A DNA stretch of 61,457 bases from an uncultured Ectothiorhodospiraceae bacterium (GCA_964636675.1 CAZWUO010000002.1:1-61457), one strand, 5' to 3'. Positions 45,567 through 60,651 are shown, counted from the stretch's first letter. Made by a program: numbers and translations. The notes: generated by a model not told the origin, from the sequence alone.

Positions 45567-46822
45567 ATGCAACGATTAATAGTCCTATTGCTGGCGTGCA
45601 TTAATAGCTATGCTGTCCACGCGGTGGATACTTCGGCAGCTGCGTCGATTACTCTAGATCAGGTAGTCATTAAGGTGTTGGAACGCAATTCACAGCTGAA
45701 TATTAACGCTATTGAAGCGCGTGCTGCGGCCGCCAGAATACGCCAGGCAAGACAAACCCCGGCGCTGGAATTGAAACTGGAATTGCAAAACTTTGCGGGT
45801 AGCGGTGCCTACCGTATTGGCGACCGACTCGAAACGACATTGAGTCTGGCTAAAATCCTAGAATTTGGAGGCAAGGCCAGCAAACGTGGGAATCTCGCCC
45901 AGCGGCAGGCGGATTTACTGCGTAATGATCAAGACAGTCAGCGTCTTGATGTGCTCGCCGAAGCGGCCCAACAGTTTATGCATGTGGTAGTTGATCAACA
46001 TCGGTTACGCATTGCACACGAGCAAATGAAATTGCTGCAAGATACGCTTGAGTTTGTTACGCAAAGAGTCAAGGCTGGACGCAGCCACGTGGCGGAACAG
46101 CGTCGCGTGGTGATTGCGTTGGCGCGAGCAGAAATTGAACGCGAACATACCGAGCATGAATTATCGACGTCGTGGCTTAAGTTGGCGACTTATTGGGGAG
46201 CAACCCAAGTGCCATTTAGTCACGCTGAAGCGCCTTTATTTGTATTGCCAGTGTTGCCGCCTTTCAAGCAGCTTGAAACATGGTTAGTTCATAATCCTGA
46301 TTTAATCCGCTTTGCGACGGCAGAGCGTGTGGCAAAAGCGAATTTACGTCTCGCACAAAGTCGTCGCAAGTCCAATTTTCAGTTATCCGCCGGTATTCGA
46401 CACTTCAATGAAGTGGGGGATGGTGCTCTGGTCTTATCAGCGAGTATTCCGTTGGGTTCCAACGCCCGCGCCCAGCCCTATATCGCAGAGCGTCAATATT
46501 TCGCTGAGCGCGAGCCATACCGCTATGAGCAGCAACGTCTGGCTTTGCATAGCAGCTTGTACGCAATCTACCAAGAGTTATTACATGCGCAAACGGCTTA
46601 TGCCGCTTTGAGTCAGCGTATTATTCCGCAAGCAGAGCAGCTGGCTACGGACTATGCGCAAGGTTATAAACGTGGTCGGTTTTCTTTGTTGGAATTAAAT
46701 CAAGCGCAGAAAATATTACTCGATACCCGCCTTGAAGCCGTTATCGCTGCGGCAAATTATCATCGTTTTCGGATAGAAATTGAGCGCTTAACGGGCGCTG
46801 AACTGCGCGTAGGAGTTAAACC

Positions 46823-46826
<4 letters not shown>
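45567..46826 (+). CDS. czcC: TolC-family outer membrane efflux protein (CzcC-like)
   Basis: I set the start at MQRLIVLLLACINSYAVHA, which looks like a signal peptide. The protein has duplicated OEP helical repeats, and its stop overlaps the start of the adaptor gene (ATGA). Confidence 0.8.
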
Positions 46827-51312
<4,486 letters not shown>

Positions 51313-51330
51313 ATTAATCGGCACTAAATA

Positions 51331-51807
51331 TCATAACCAGCGTCTTACCGAGTTCATGTAATGAATATATTCATTACCAAACTGTGCGGTTAATTTAATT
51401 TCTTCCGGGAGAATTAAAATCCGGTAAATCGCCATACCGAGTGGAAAAATTAATACGATAATCCAAATATTATTAAAGATGAGTCCGGTGCCTGCGAGCA
51501 TTATCATGATGCTCAGATAAATAGGGTTTCTTGAATATTTGAAAATTCCACGGGTAACCAGTGTATTGCTTACGGCGCCGGATACCTCGAGCTGGGCATT
51601 TTTACGCAAGGCATATTTGGCAAAAAAAATGATCATTACTCCAATAAAAAACAATAAACCACTCAGCTCAATCCGTAAGATCACTGAACCGGGTATATTC
51701 CCTAACGAGAACACAAAAAATTCTAATAGCAAACTGCCAAGCAAGGTAATCAGCAGCATTATTTCTAGCGTTTTCCGGCTAGTGTGATTAACGGAGTTTT
51801 GTTCCAT
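51331..51807 (-). CDS. isoprenylcysteine carboxyl methyltransferase (ICMT)-family membrane methyltransferase
   Basis: 158 aa and multi-TM. The motif is GIFKYSRNPIYLSIMIMLAG...E..L...FG..Y..Y...V.RW. Confidence 0.7.
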   Translation of the reverse strand: MEQNSVNHTSRKTLEIMLLITLLGSLLLEFFVFSLGNIPGSVILRIELSGLLFFIGVMIIFFAKYALRKNAQLEVSGAVSNTLVTRGIFKYSRNPIYLSIMIMLAGTGLIFNNIWIIVLIFPLGMAIYRILILPEEIKLTAQFGNEYIHYMNSVRRWL

Positions 51808-52095
51808 AAATGTTTGATCTCAATCGCTACGGGTATAACATTTAACCGCTATCTTTTGTTTCTTTGATTTTAATTTGCATATGGTCGTTTAATTAGTGAT
51901 AAAAATGAAATGTCAACACACCCTGAGGATTATTAAGTTTAATCACTTTATGGGCGTATGTCTTTCAATGATTTGGCTTTTTTAGTTGGGGGTCATACCT
52001 CGTTCCTACGCAGGAGCATGGGAATCAGAAACAAGTTCCTCTGATTGTCATAAATAGCTAAAGTATAAACAATCAAGAAATACATACATATAACG

Positions 52096-52275
52096 ATGAA
52101 ACATTCCCTGTCAAACCTGCCCATTGTTGATGAACCACATTTATCAATCAAATTAAAACGTTGGTGTTTGAAACAAAACAAAAAAATGCGTGCTGAATTA
52201 CTGGTCATTTACAGTCAGGAGTTGCTCAATAATTTATTTTTTCATCCCTATTTAGTAGGCTGGTGTCTTTCGTAG
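52096..52275 (+). pseudogene. possible Fic-family gene remnant (59 codons)
   Basis: The translation ...KMRAELLVIYSQELLNNLFFHPY... resembles the YS.EL...LF..PY segment that precedes the C-terminal winged helix of Fic proteins. It is short and isolated. Confidence 0.25.
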
Positions 52276-52323
52276 TGAACAGATGCTAGGCCTATTTTAG
52301 GTAACCCTGTGGCTATTGATAAT

Positions 52324-52479
52324 CCTAGAATCCGCAGTTTGACGGCATGCAGAGTGTGCTTAAGCGTGCTATTCATGGCGTAGTGCCCTCATCCTCAGAG
52401 TGAATTCGACAAACAAGCTCATGCGTTTTTTTATCCGCCGCTTAACGATGCCTCATAGTGCTCAACTGCGGAATCTAGG
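52324..52479 (-). mobile_element. MITE-like repeat element, copy B (about 156 bp, inverted relative to copy A)
   Basis: The ends are CCTAGAATCCGCAGTTTGACGGCATGCAGAG and ...CATAGTGCTCAACTGCGGAATCTAGG. The reverse complement aligns with copy A apart from a roughly 75-bp internal segment present only in A. Confidence 0.6.
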
Positions 52480-52523
52480 ATAATGCTTTTTAAACCTAAA
52501 AAAAGTGTTTTCATTGACTGAAG

Positions 52524-55439
52524 ATGAACACTTGGGGTAAAAAGAACATCACCCAATGCTTAGAGTGTTCATCTTCGCTGGAAATAGGCGCTATGATTTA
52601 TAAAAAAATTGTCAAAGTATATCTACCATTAATATTAATGGTTTTTATGCCGTCTCTGGCGCAATCTGGATCTCCTATCTTGCTCGATGACAGCATTGGA
52701 GAGTACTCAGTAGGAAAGCATCTTGATGTATTGGAAGACATTGATGGTCACTGGACTCTTGAGCAGATTCGATCATCGCAATTTGATGATAAATGGGTTA
52801 AGAGCCAGAGAAAAGTGCCAAATTTTGGGTTTACCCAATCAGCTTATTGGTTAAGATTTCAGGTTGTGCACGAGGCTACTCGTGAATCTCTTTCTTCAAT
52901 TGCAAAAATTAGTGATGCAGAAATTGATCAAACGATACAACATCCGTCGAAGTGGTTATTGGAATTAAGTTATGCTTTCATAGATCAGATTGATTTCTAT
53001 TTCGAAACTACTGACAATAAGTTTCATGTCATAAAATCCGGTGATCAGCGTGCTTATTCTGAACGTGAATTTAAATACCGAAATTTTGTATTTCCTCTCA
53101 CTCTTAATAATCAATCGTCTCAGGTGTTTTATATTCGAGTGAAAACTGAAGGAAGCATGCAGTTACCGCTAACCCTTTTGTCGCCAAACTCGTTTGTGCA
53201 ACAGGTAGAGAAAGAACAAATTGCATTGGGACTTTATTATGGCATCGTGTTGGCAATGCTCTTATACAATATTTTTGTTTTTTTGCTGGTAAAAGAAAGA
53301 ACCTATCTATTTTATATTCTTTATATTATATCCTGGATTATCGCCCAAATGATAATAAACGGATTTGCAGTACAGTATTTATGGGGAGATTTAATTTGGT
53401 GGGTTAATCCGAGTTTCAGTTTTGTGAGTAGTGTAATGGGGATTTGGATTTTTGTATTTTCAATGAGCTTTTTGCAAACAAAAAAATATGTTCCTACATT
53501 GCATAAAATTTTAAAGATTATCGTAGCAGGATTTATTTTACTTTCTTTTCTTTCTTTGATAGTTCCTTATTCTACTAATATAAAGCTCGTTCTTTATTGG
53601 TTCTTATTCTTTCTACCCTTGTTGTTATTAGCAGGTATATTTTGTTGGAATCGGGGTTTCACTGCGGCCAGGTATTATCTCTTAGCCTGGATTTCACTGG
53701 TCATTGGTGTAGTTATATTTTTGCTTAAAGCTGTTGACCTTTTACCTAGCGTTTTTATAACGGACTACGGCGTACAAATCGGATCAGCAATTGAAGTTAT
53801 TTTTCTGTCTCTTAGTCTTACCGATCGACTCAATCAAGAAAAAAAGGAAAAAATTCAAGCTGAAAAAAAACAATTATTAACCCAACAAAGAATGGAGTTA
53901 GCATTAAAAGATAAGGAGATTAGCGAAGCGAACAACAGATCAAAAACAGAGTTTTTTGCCAGTATGAGCCATGAATTTAGAACACCGCTAACATCTATCC
54001 TCGGTTATTCTGAAGCCGGCCAAGAAAATGATCTCAGTACTAAGGAAAAAAACAGTTATTTTAGAATAATCAACCGCAGTGGAAATCATTTTCTTCATTT
54101 AATAAATGATGTCTTAGATCTCTCAAAACTTGAGGTACAAAAACTAGAATTTGAAAATATCAAAATCCATTTATTACCCATGCTCAAAGAAATAAACGAC
54201 ACCTTTGAATTGCTTGCACGGGAAAAAGGACTGGATTTCATTTTTAATTACCAGTTCCCATTACCGGGGGTTTTCAATGGTGACCCGACACGATTGAAAC
54301 AAATTTTGATTAATTTATGCGGAAACGCTATTAAATTTACTAAAACCGGTCGTGTTGTCGTTGATGTATACTGTAATAAAGAGAATGGAAAACTTTATTT
54401 TTCTGTCACTGATACAGGAATAGGACTAAAGCCGGATCAAGTGAACACGTTATTTGAGTCATTTTCTCAGGCAGATGTTGCCACAACTCGAAATTTTGGC
54501 GGTACTGGACTTGGACTTTATCTTTCAAAAAAATTAGCGCAAAAGCAAGGCGGTGATATCACGGTGACCAGTGAATTTGACAAAGGCAGCACTTTCACTG
54601 CTTCCATTGCTATAGATTCACTCAGCAATACCGAATGGGTTGATGTATTACCAGAGCAACAAGCAACAGAAGTTGTTATTCGATTTTCAGGCAAGGTGCT
54701 CTACGCAGAAGATCATGAGGATAACCGAAATTTGGTCAGTGGTATCATTGAAAAAACCGGTGCGGATATTATTCTGGCAAGTGATGGACGAGAAGCATTA
54801 GATTTATGTGAAAACAATCATTTTGATTTGATTTTTACCGATATACGGATGCCTCGAGTTGATGGCGTTGAATTAGCAGAAATTTTACTTAAGAAAGAAC
54901 CGACGCTGGCCATAGTCGCGATTACAGCGACATTAATTGACAGCGAACTGGAAAAATTTAAACAAGCAGGTTTTAAGAAAATATTAAAAAAACCTATTAA
55001 TCGCCACGATATAGTTGATGTGATGGAAGAATATCTCTCGCGAAGAACTGTCGTCGATAAACCAATAAAACCCATTCGTGTTTTGTTGGCAGAAGATGAT
55101 ACTATGAACCAAGCAGTCATAAAACTTTATCTCGAAAAAGTAGGCTGTGAGGCTACTGTCGTCAATGATGGTTTTGAAGCAGTATCGCATGCACTACTTG
55201 AATCATATGATCTTATTCTCATGGATATGCGAATGCCAAATCTTTCGGGAATGGAGGCCGTACGACAACTTCGAAACAAAGGTTATACAAGAGCAATTTA
55301 TTCATTAACCGCTGATGATTCCCAACGTGCCGTTCAAGAGTGTTTAGATGCTGGATGTGACGGACAGTTGTCCAAACCAATTGTAGTGAATGATTTGAAA
55401 GCTGTTATTCAATCTCTCAGGGAAGAGAAGCTTGAATAG
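52524..55439 (+). CDS. hybrid sensor histidine kinase: 7TMR-DISM-type extracellular domain, 7TM, HisKA, HATPase_c and two receiver domains
   Basis: H-box MSHEFRTPLTSI; N/G boxes LINLCGNAIKFT, DTGIGL, GGTGLGLYLS. Two receiver domains: LIFTDIRMPRVDG and LILMDMRMPNLSG. An alternative start at 52593 (MIYKKIV...) gives a signal-peptide-like N-terminus. Confidence 0.85.
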   Translation: MNTWGKKNITQCLECSSSLEIGAMIYKKIVKVYLPLILMVFMPSLAQSGSPILLDDSIGEYSVGKHLDVLEDIDGHWTLEQIRSSQFDDKWVKSQRKVPNFGFTQSAYWLRFQVVHEATRESLSSIAKISDAEIDQTIQHPSKWLLELSYAFIDQIDFYFETTDNKFHVIKSGDQRAYSEREFKYRNFVFPLTLNNQSSQVFYIRVKTEGSMQLPLTLLSPNSFVQQVEKEQIALGLYYGIVLAMLLYNIFVFLLVKERTYLFYILYIISWIIAQMIINGFAVQYLWGDLIWWVNPSFSFVSSVMGIWIFVFSMSFLQTKKYVPTLHKILKIIVAGFILLSFLSLIVPYSTNIKLVLYWFLFFLPLLLLAGIFCWNRGFTAARYYLLAWISLVIGVVIFLLKAVDLLPSVFITDYGVQIGSAIEVIFLSLSLTDRLNQEKKEKIQAEKKQLLTQQRMELALKDKEISEANNRSKTEFFASMSHEFRTPLTSILGYSEAGQENDLSTKEKNSYFRIINRSGNHFLHLINDVLDLSKLEVQKLEFENIKIHLLPMLKEINDTFELLAREKGLDFIFNYQFPLPGVFNGDPTRLKQILINLCGNAIKFTKTGRVVVDVYCNKENGKLYFSVTDTGIGLKPDQVNTLFESFSQADVATTRNFGGTGLGLYLSKKLAQKQGGDITVTSEFDKGSTFTASIAIDSLSNTEWVDVLPEQQATEVVIRFSGKVLYAEDHEDNRNLVSGIIEKTGADIILASDGREALDLCENNHFDLIFTDIRMPRVDGVELAEILLKKEPTLAIVAITATLIDSELEKFKQAGFKKILKKPINRHDIVDVMEEYLSRRTVVDKPIKPIRVLLAEDDTMNQAVIKLYLEKVGCEATVVNDGFEAVSHALLESYDLILMDMRMPNLSGMEAVRQLRNKGYTRAIYSLTADDSQRAVQECLDAGCDGQLSKPIVVNDLKAVIQSLREEKLE

Positions 55440-55456
55440 CCTCCTAGGAGGCTCGT

Positions 55457-57343
55457 TTGTATTATAAGAAAAAACTACATGCCGTCACTGCGTGTTTGGG
55501 TATTTTTATATTCAGTTTAGCGCTCACAAGCACGTTATTTTTTTATAAAATACCGCTGCCTGAGGACAGGTTGTCGCTGTCTATTGTCGAATTTTCTGCG
55601 TTTAAAACTCAAGATCTTGATAAAATTCCCCCCCAAAGCTGGGCTACAATTACGTTACCGGATGATTGGCGTAAGCAGGATGAAAATAGGAAAGGCATTG
55701 TCAGTGGTTGGTACCGAACTCATATTAAATTAGCAACATTGCCGGAACACCCACTGGCTATCCTAATCGCCTCACCGCGAATGAATATTGCGGTATATCT
55801 CAATCATAATCTTTTGGGGCAAGGAGGGCGTTTTGACGATCCTGTAGCGCGTAACTGGTGGACGCCGCTATTATTTTCTATTCCGGCTAGTCTGTTGAAA
55901 GTAGGTAAAAATACACTCCATATTTACTTAAAAACCGATCAAGCAGGGGCCGGGTATTTACCTGAGTTGCATTTGGCGCCGTATGAGAATTTGATTAATT
56001 CTTATGCTAGTCATTATTTTTTTCGCGTCACGAGTATACAATTTATTACTTTGTTATTATTTTTACAAAGCGGTATTTTTGCTCTACTCTGGTATTTTCG
56101 TAAACATGAGGTCTATTATGGCTATTATGCAATAGGAGCCTTGTTATGGGGCTTGCATAATTTAACTCTTTTCACCGTTCATATTCCTGTTAATCGCTTA
56201 CTCTGGGATTGGTTTTCCTATACCACTCTTGGCTTTTACGCCTTTATATCTGTCATATTTTTTCATCGCTTTTTTGCAAAAAAAGTACCTCATATCGAAA
56301 GGCCTATGCTCATTTTTGCGGTGCTGTGTGCTGCTGTGCTTTATTTTTTAGAAGAGAAGGCATTTTATTTTGTAGCGCAAACCCTATGGTATCCTGCTGC
56401 GTATCTTGCCGGTGTGTACGGGCTGCTCTTTTTAGTCATGAATACATGGAAAAACAATAACACTGAATCGCAAATTATCACCTTGTCGGGATTTGTAATA
56501 ATGTTGTATGCCGGACATGACATACTGGTTTTTCATGGCCTGATCGATTGGGCGCAAGGCTACTTTATTCAATATGCTGCTGTGATATTGCTGATTGGCT
56601 TTACTCTTATTTTACTACGGCGGTTTATTTCTGCGCAATACGAGTTGAACACTTTGCGCAAGGATATTGCCCCGCAACTGGAAAATAAAACGGCAGAACT
56701 TGAAATGAATAAGCAAAAATTACTGCGATTAGAAAACCAGCATGCGCGTAGTGGAGACCGAGCGCGCTTAATCCTTGATATGCACGACGGTGTAGGCGGC
56801 AGCCTGGTATCGATTCTCGCCACGATTGAATTAGGCAAAGCTAATATGCAACAAATCTCCGGAGCATTACGCGATACCTTGAATGATATACAGTTGATGA
56901 TAGACTCTATGGACATTCAAGAGAATGATCTGACTGTCGTATTGGGTATGTTCCGAACGCGTATTGATCGTAGGCTGAGAAACAGCGAAATTTCACTAGA
57001 ATGGGATATTCATGACATGCCCTCAATTCCTAGTTTTGACTCTGGGAAGGCGTTACTCGTGCTACGCATTCTTCAGGAAGTCATTAGCCATGTGATAAAA
57101 CAAGGGCGTGCAACTAAAATACGCCTTTCAGCCTATCAATTCCAAGATCGAACAAAAGGTTCTGCGGTAGTTATCGAGGTGTGTGACAACAGCAAGAGCC
57201 TAAGTACTGATAAACATGTGCGTGAAAAATTGCAACACCGAGCCCGAAGTGTTGGTTACCGTTTATATTTCGAATCAAATCTTTCGGGAACCCAAGTTAG
57301 ATTACTATTGCCCTTGGAAGAAGACTCAACGACGATGGACTAA
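55457..57343 (+). CDS. membrane sensor histidine kinase, HisKA_3 (NarX/LiaS-like) type with extracellular domain and multi-TM region
   Basis: TTG start 5 nt after AGGAGG. The H-box is RARLILDMHDGVGGSL, followed by a C-terminal HATPase-like region. Six to seven hydrophobic helices lie at aa 190-390. Confidence 0.8.
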   Translation: MYYKKKLHAVTACLGIFIFSLALTSTLFFYKIPLPEDRLSLSIVEFSAFKTQDLDKIPPQSWATITLPDDWRKQDENRKGIVSGWYRTHIKLATLPEHPLAILIASPRMNIAVYLNHNLLGQGGRFDDPVARNWWTPLLFSIPASLLKVGKNTLHIYLKTDQAGAGYLPELHLAPYENLINSYASHYFFRVTSIQFITLLLFLQSGIFALLWYFRKHEVYYGYYAIGALLWGLHNLTLFTVHIPVNRLLWDWFSYTTLGFYAFISVIFFHRFFAKKVPHIERPMLIFAVLCAAVLYFLEEKAFYFVAQTLWYPAAYLAGVYGLLFLVMNTWKNNNTESQIITLSGFVIMLYAGHDILVFHGLIDWAQGYFIQYAAVILLIGFTLILLRRFISAQYELNTLRKDIAPQLENKTAELEMNKQKLLRLENQHARSGDRARLILDMHDGVGGSLVSILATIELGKANMQQISGALRDTLNDIQLMIDSMDIQENDLTVVLGMFRTRIDRRLRNSEISLEWDIHDMPSIPSFDSGKALLVLRILQEVISHVIKQGRATKIRLSAYQFQDRTKGSAVVIEVCDNSKSLSTDKHVREKLQHRARSVGYRLYFESNLSGTQVRLLLPLEEDSTTMD

Positions 57344-57662
57344 AAGTCTAATTTGAATTATATTTTCGCAGCATCAAAACAAACATGGGAATGGAGATGC
57401 TGCGTTGCAAATCAGCGGATATAGTGAGAAAATAAATAGCGGTTCATTTTTTGTCTTACAATTTGATACGCGCAAATATCGCGAGATCAGCCATGATAAC
57501 GAAAAAAAACTCGGCAGATTAGTTTCATGACAGCGGTTCAATTATTTAACGAGATGTCCGCTTGCTCTTATGTATAAACTATTTAATCCTATCAAGAATT
57601 TATCAATGTTTGCAATGTTGCTGCAATAAGCTATCATTGATAGCGTTTTTAGGAGGGCAAAT

Positions 57663-57896
57663 ATGACTAGACTTTTAGTAAGAGACTTGGATCCAGAAGT
57701 CATTAAGGCTTTGAAGCTACAGGCGGCTAGACATGGTCGTAGTGCGGAAGCTGAACATCGGGAAATTCTTAAACAAGCGCTCCTTGGGACTAAGAAAAAA
57801 TCGTTTGCCCAGGTATTGGCGGCTATGCCGAATGTTGGTGACGATAGTGATTTTCTGCGATTTGATGATTCGGAAAGTGTTGATGTATTTAGTTGA
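57663..57896 (+). CDS. vapB: type II antitoxin, FitA/VapB-like ribbon-helix-helix
   Basis: 77 aa. The N-terminus MTRLLVRDLDPEVIKALKLQAARHGRSAEAEHREILKQAL is typical of FitA/StbC-type antitoxins. It overlaps the PIN toxin gene start by 14 nt. Confidence 0.8.
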   Translation: MTRLLVRDLDPEVIKALKLQAARHGRSAEAEHREILKQALLGTKKKSFAQVLAAMPNVGDDSDFLRFDDSESVDVFS

Positions 57897-58302
57897 TACA
57901 AATGTACTCAGTGAAATTCGTAAGAAAAAGAGCGCTAACAAAGGGGTTGCCCAATTTTTTAAAGTTGCAATAAAGAATGATGATCGTTTATATCTTTCAG
58001 TCACAACAATAGGTGAACTCCGGCGTGGTGTTGAGTTGATTAGGCATCGAGGGGATACAAAGCAAGCGAATCAGCTGGAGAAATGGTTGAACGTCATTTT
58101 GAATGAATATAAAGATAATATTTTGGAAATTGACGAAGATGTTGCACAATTATGGGGGAAATTACGTGCTCCACATCACGAGCATGCTATGGATAAACAA
58201 ATTGCGGCGACAGCATTAATTCATGGCTTAATTGTAGTGACTCGGAATGAAAAGGATTTTATTCGGACAGGTGTGAAAGTTTTAAATCCATTCGAAAAAT
58301 GA
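57883..58302 (+). CDS. vapC: type II toxin, PIN-domain VapC/FitB-like ribonuclease
   Basis: I chose the ATG at 57883. Motifs: MYLVDTNVLSEIRK, ...TTIGELRRGVE, ...DKQIAATALIHGLIVVTRNEKDF (acidic PIN residues). Confidence 0.85.
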   Translation: MYLVDTNVLSEIRKKKSANKGVAQFFKVAIKNDDRLYLSVTTIGELRRGVELIRHRGDTKQANQLEKWLNVILNEYKDNILEIDEDVAQLWGKLRAPHHEHAMDKQIAATALIHGLIVVTRNEKDFIRTGVKVLNPFEK

Positions 58303-58742
58303 ATAGTAACAACTAATTTGTGCAAACTCATTAGAAGTTAATATCTGATGTCGTTTGTGTCAACTATATATTTCTTTTTTTATTCATAAATATAACAAAA
58401 GTATTGCGCTGAAATTTTTGATTTCGGGCAATTCATGTTAATACCCCGTCCGCTTGCGTCGGGGATATTTATTCCAGATTGTCAACGATAATGCGCGATT
58501 TAAAAGTATATCGTTGATGAAAATCATCAAGTGACGTATCTGTCACTAATTTTTTAAATGCGTAGTCTATTTTTAACCAGCGCAGCATTAATGATTCTGC
58601 AATACCTATTTCTGAAATTGATTGTTTTAACCAAGCATGCCATGTTCTTCAATGAGAGTTATCTTTATAAGAAATCCTAGGTTATAGAGGATGCACAAGC
58701 TTGAGGATCAATCAGAGGTATAGATTAGTTGAGGCAGCGTGA

Positions 58743-59333
58743 TTATTGTGTTTTCGAGTAGATTCCAATTACGTCCGATACGTACATTACTAACTCCAAG
58801 GCTAATTCTTTTACAAATATGGCTTTTGGGTTATTGTCAAAGTATAACTCTACAGTTTCCGAAAGTAGCATCTCATATTTTGCTCCTCGTATTTTTTTTG
58901 AATCATCAATGTTTTTTACTATCAACATAAGTATTTTCGAAAGATGTTCTTGTTTTTTATATGGGATGATTAAACAATTTTTTTCATCTACATCAATGTA
59001 AATCACATAATTTTTTTTTGTAAAATGGCGAGGATCACAATTATACGAATTCATTAGAACTACTGAATGCATTATAATTGATTCTGTATTTAGTACACTT
59101 CCGGCATGATTTTTCCCAAGAGATATCGATAATTTCTTAAAAGACTCTAAGATTTCATCATTTTTTTCTTCCGATGGGGCCACTAATATTGTAATAGTTT
59201 TGCATTCTTCACATATATCAAATGTTTTCATAAAAAAATTGCGATCAGGCATTGTTAGATTGGAAAATGTTTCAGCAAATACTCCTCCAACTGTGAAATA
59301 CATCATTATCAACAATATTGCTATTCTATTCAT
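58743..59333 (-). CDS. hypothetical secreted protein (AT-rich island)
   Basis: 196 aa with the signal-peptide-like N-terminus MNRIAILLIMMYFTVGGVFA. It overlaps the stop of the upstream gene by 8 nt. I recognise no family. Confidence 0.5.
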   Translation of the reverse strand: MNRIAILLIMMYFTVGGVFAETFSNLTMPDRNFFMKTFDICEECKTITILVAPSEEKNDEILESFKKLSISLGKNHAGSVLNTESIIMHSVVLMNSYNCDPRHFTKKNYVIYIDVDEKNCLIIPYKKQEHLSKILMLIVKNIDDSKKIRGAKYEMLLSETVELYFDNNPKAIFVKELALELVMYVSDVIGIYSKTQ

Positions 59334-60651
59334 TTGAACCTTTTTTTACTTTGTTAATTATATCAATAATAAGTCCAATGCCGGATGCATCGTCTGTGTC
59401 ATGTGCAGCCTTCAATGATGATTTGACTAAAGTCCCAGAATTTTTTTCTATCTTAATTCTTATATGTTCTACGATATACTTATTTATTAAGGCATTTTCT
59501 TCAGTTGAAGAAATATGAGGTTCCAATTTTGATGCTTCTAAGTTCACTGTGTGATCTGTGTTAAGATTAAATGAGTTCATTACTAGAGCTGCAATAAGTC
59601 TATTGATATTATGTCCGTTATCAATGAAATCGCTTGCTAAGCCTGCCATTTTTCTTCTGTTTTTATCTTCCTTGTTATATGTTTCAAGTAAACTTAAATA
59701 CAGGTTAATATCACTCTTTTTTTTCAACTTTGAAAGAGTAAAAAGATCAACCAGGTATTCATCAGGTTTTCTTGATTGCTTTGCGGTATCCAAAATAGTA
59801 TCTACTAGTGCTGCATATTTTTCACCTGAATTTTTAAATATTTCATAGCTTGTTTCCAACGCGCCAATCTCATTCAGCTCGTTTACCACAAGATATAGAT
59901 GAGAGGCTTCGTGTAGCATTATCAGCTTGATTTCCTCATTTGATAATTCATTTACAAAGATTTCTGGCAAATAGAGATTTCCGATCAGGTCAATTTTGGG
60001 ACTCATTCTCCTACTATTTTTATTCTTAACCATATAAATATTCGGCTGCATGCTGCTATCCGACAAAGTTTTCATTCTATGAGTGTTTGTCCATTGTTTT
60101 AGCAATATGATATAAGAATCGAAATTAGTCACAGAAGAAAATAACCCTATACAAGATTTTTTTTTCTTTAAACCAATATTTTTACAATGACTCAATAAGC
60201 TAGGTTTAATTTCTGTTGTTGCTGTTTTGTTGTTATCTAATTGACTATGAAACCAAACCACGTCTCTCGATACTGGAGGGTAGTTGGGATATAATTCATA
60301 AAATGCCTTATACGTTTTATCACTAAAATACTTGTCAAAGCGACGATCAAGCTTTATCGTAGAGACATATTCTCGCCATATTACTAATAATTCGTCTTCT
60401 GTTCTTAACGGTATCAGATTAGTTTTTACTTCATTAGGAGCGATACCAAAAGATGCTGCTGTACTGTTTATTTCAGAAGAATAGTAATCGTCGTTATCGA
60501 AATCATTGCTTGTAGACAATTGCTTCTTTAATAGAGAATGGCTACCGCAAATCAATAGGTGATTAGAAAAGCTGCAGTAATTTTCATTTTCTGCATTCAC
60601 AAAAGAGTTAGACATAATCAAAAATAGTGAAAACAAAATTAATGGTTTCAT
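59326..60651 (-). CDS. hypothetical secreted protein with an HExxH motif (putative zinc metalloprotease)
   Basis: 441 aa with the signal peptide MKPLILFSLFLIMSNSFVNA. The motif is IMLHEASHLYLV (HEASH encoded at 59899-59913, minus strand). The coding sequence is strongly AT-rich. Confidence 0.55.
   Translation of the reverse strand: MKPLILFSLFLIMSNSFVNAENENYCSFSNHLLICGSHSLLKKQLSTSNDFDNDDYYSSEINSTAASFGIAPNEVKTNLIPLRTEDELLVIWREYVSTIKLDRRFDKYFSDKTYKAFYELYPNYPPVSRDVVWFHSQLDNNKTATTEIKPSLLSHCKNIGLKKKKSCIGLFSSVTNFDSYIILLKQWTNTHRMKTLSDSSMQPNIYMVKNKNSRRMSPKIDLIGNLYLPEIFVNELSNEEIKLIMLHEASHLYLVVNELNEIGALETSYEIFKNSGEKYAALVDTILDTAKQSRKPDEYLVDLFTLSKLKKKSDINLYLSLLETYNKEDKNRRKMAGLASDFIDNGHNINRLIAALVMNSFNLNTDHTVNLEASKLEPHISSTEENALINKYIVEHIRIKIEKNSGTLVKSSLKAAHDTDDASGIGLIIDIINKVKKGSNE

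Noticed and set aside
57367-57404. The hairpin CGCAGCATC...GATGCTGCG after the second sensor kinase, considered as a terminator.
   Set aside because: The loop is 20 nt and there is no T-tract. This is too weak to annotate.
58440-58470. The inverted repeat ATACCCCG...CGGGGATAT, considered as a tRNA fragment or att site.
   Set aside because: There is no tRNA-like T-arm or acceptor sequence around it and no matching direct repeat elsewhere in the window.
58469-58648. A minus-strand open frame of 59 codons (...AWLKQSISEIGIAESLMLRWLKIDYAFKKLVTDTSLDDFHQRYTFKSRIIVDNLE-stop) that looks protein-like.
   Set aside because: It opens directly after a stop with no plausible start before an internal Met, and I cannot assign a family. 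It is possibly the 3' remnant of a lost gene, but there is not enough evidence to call it.
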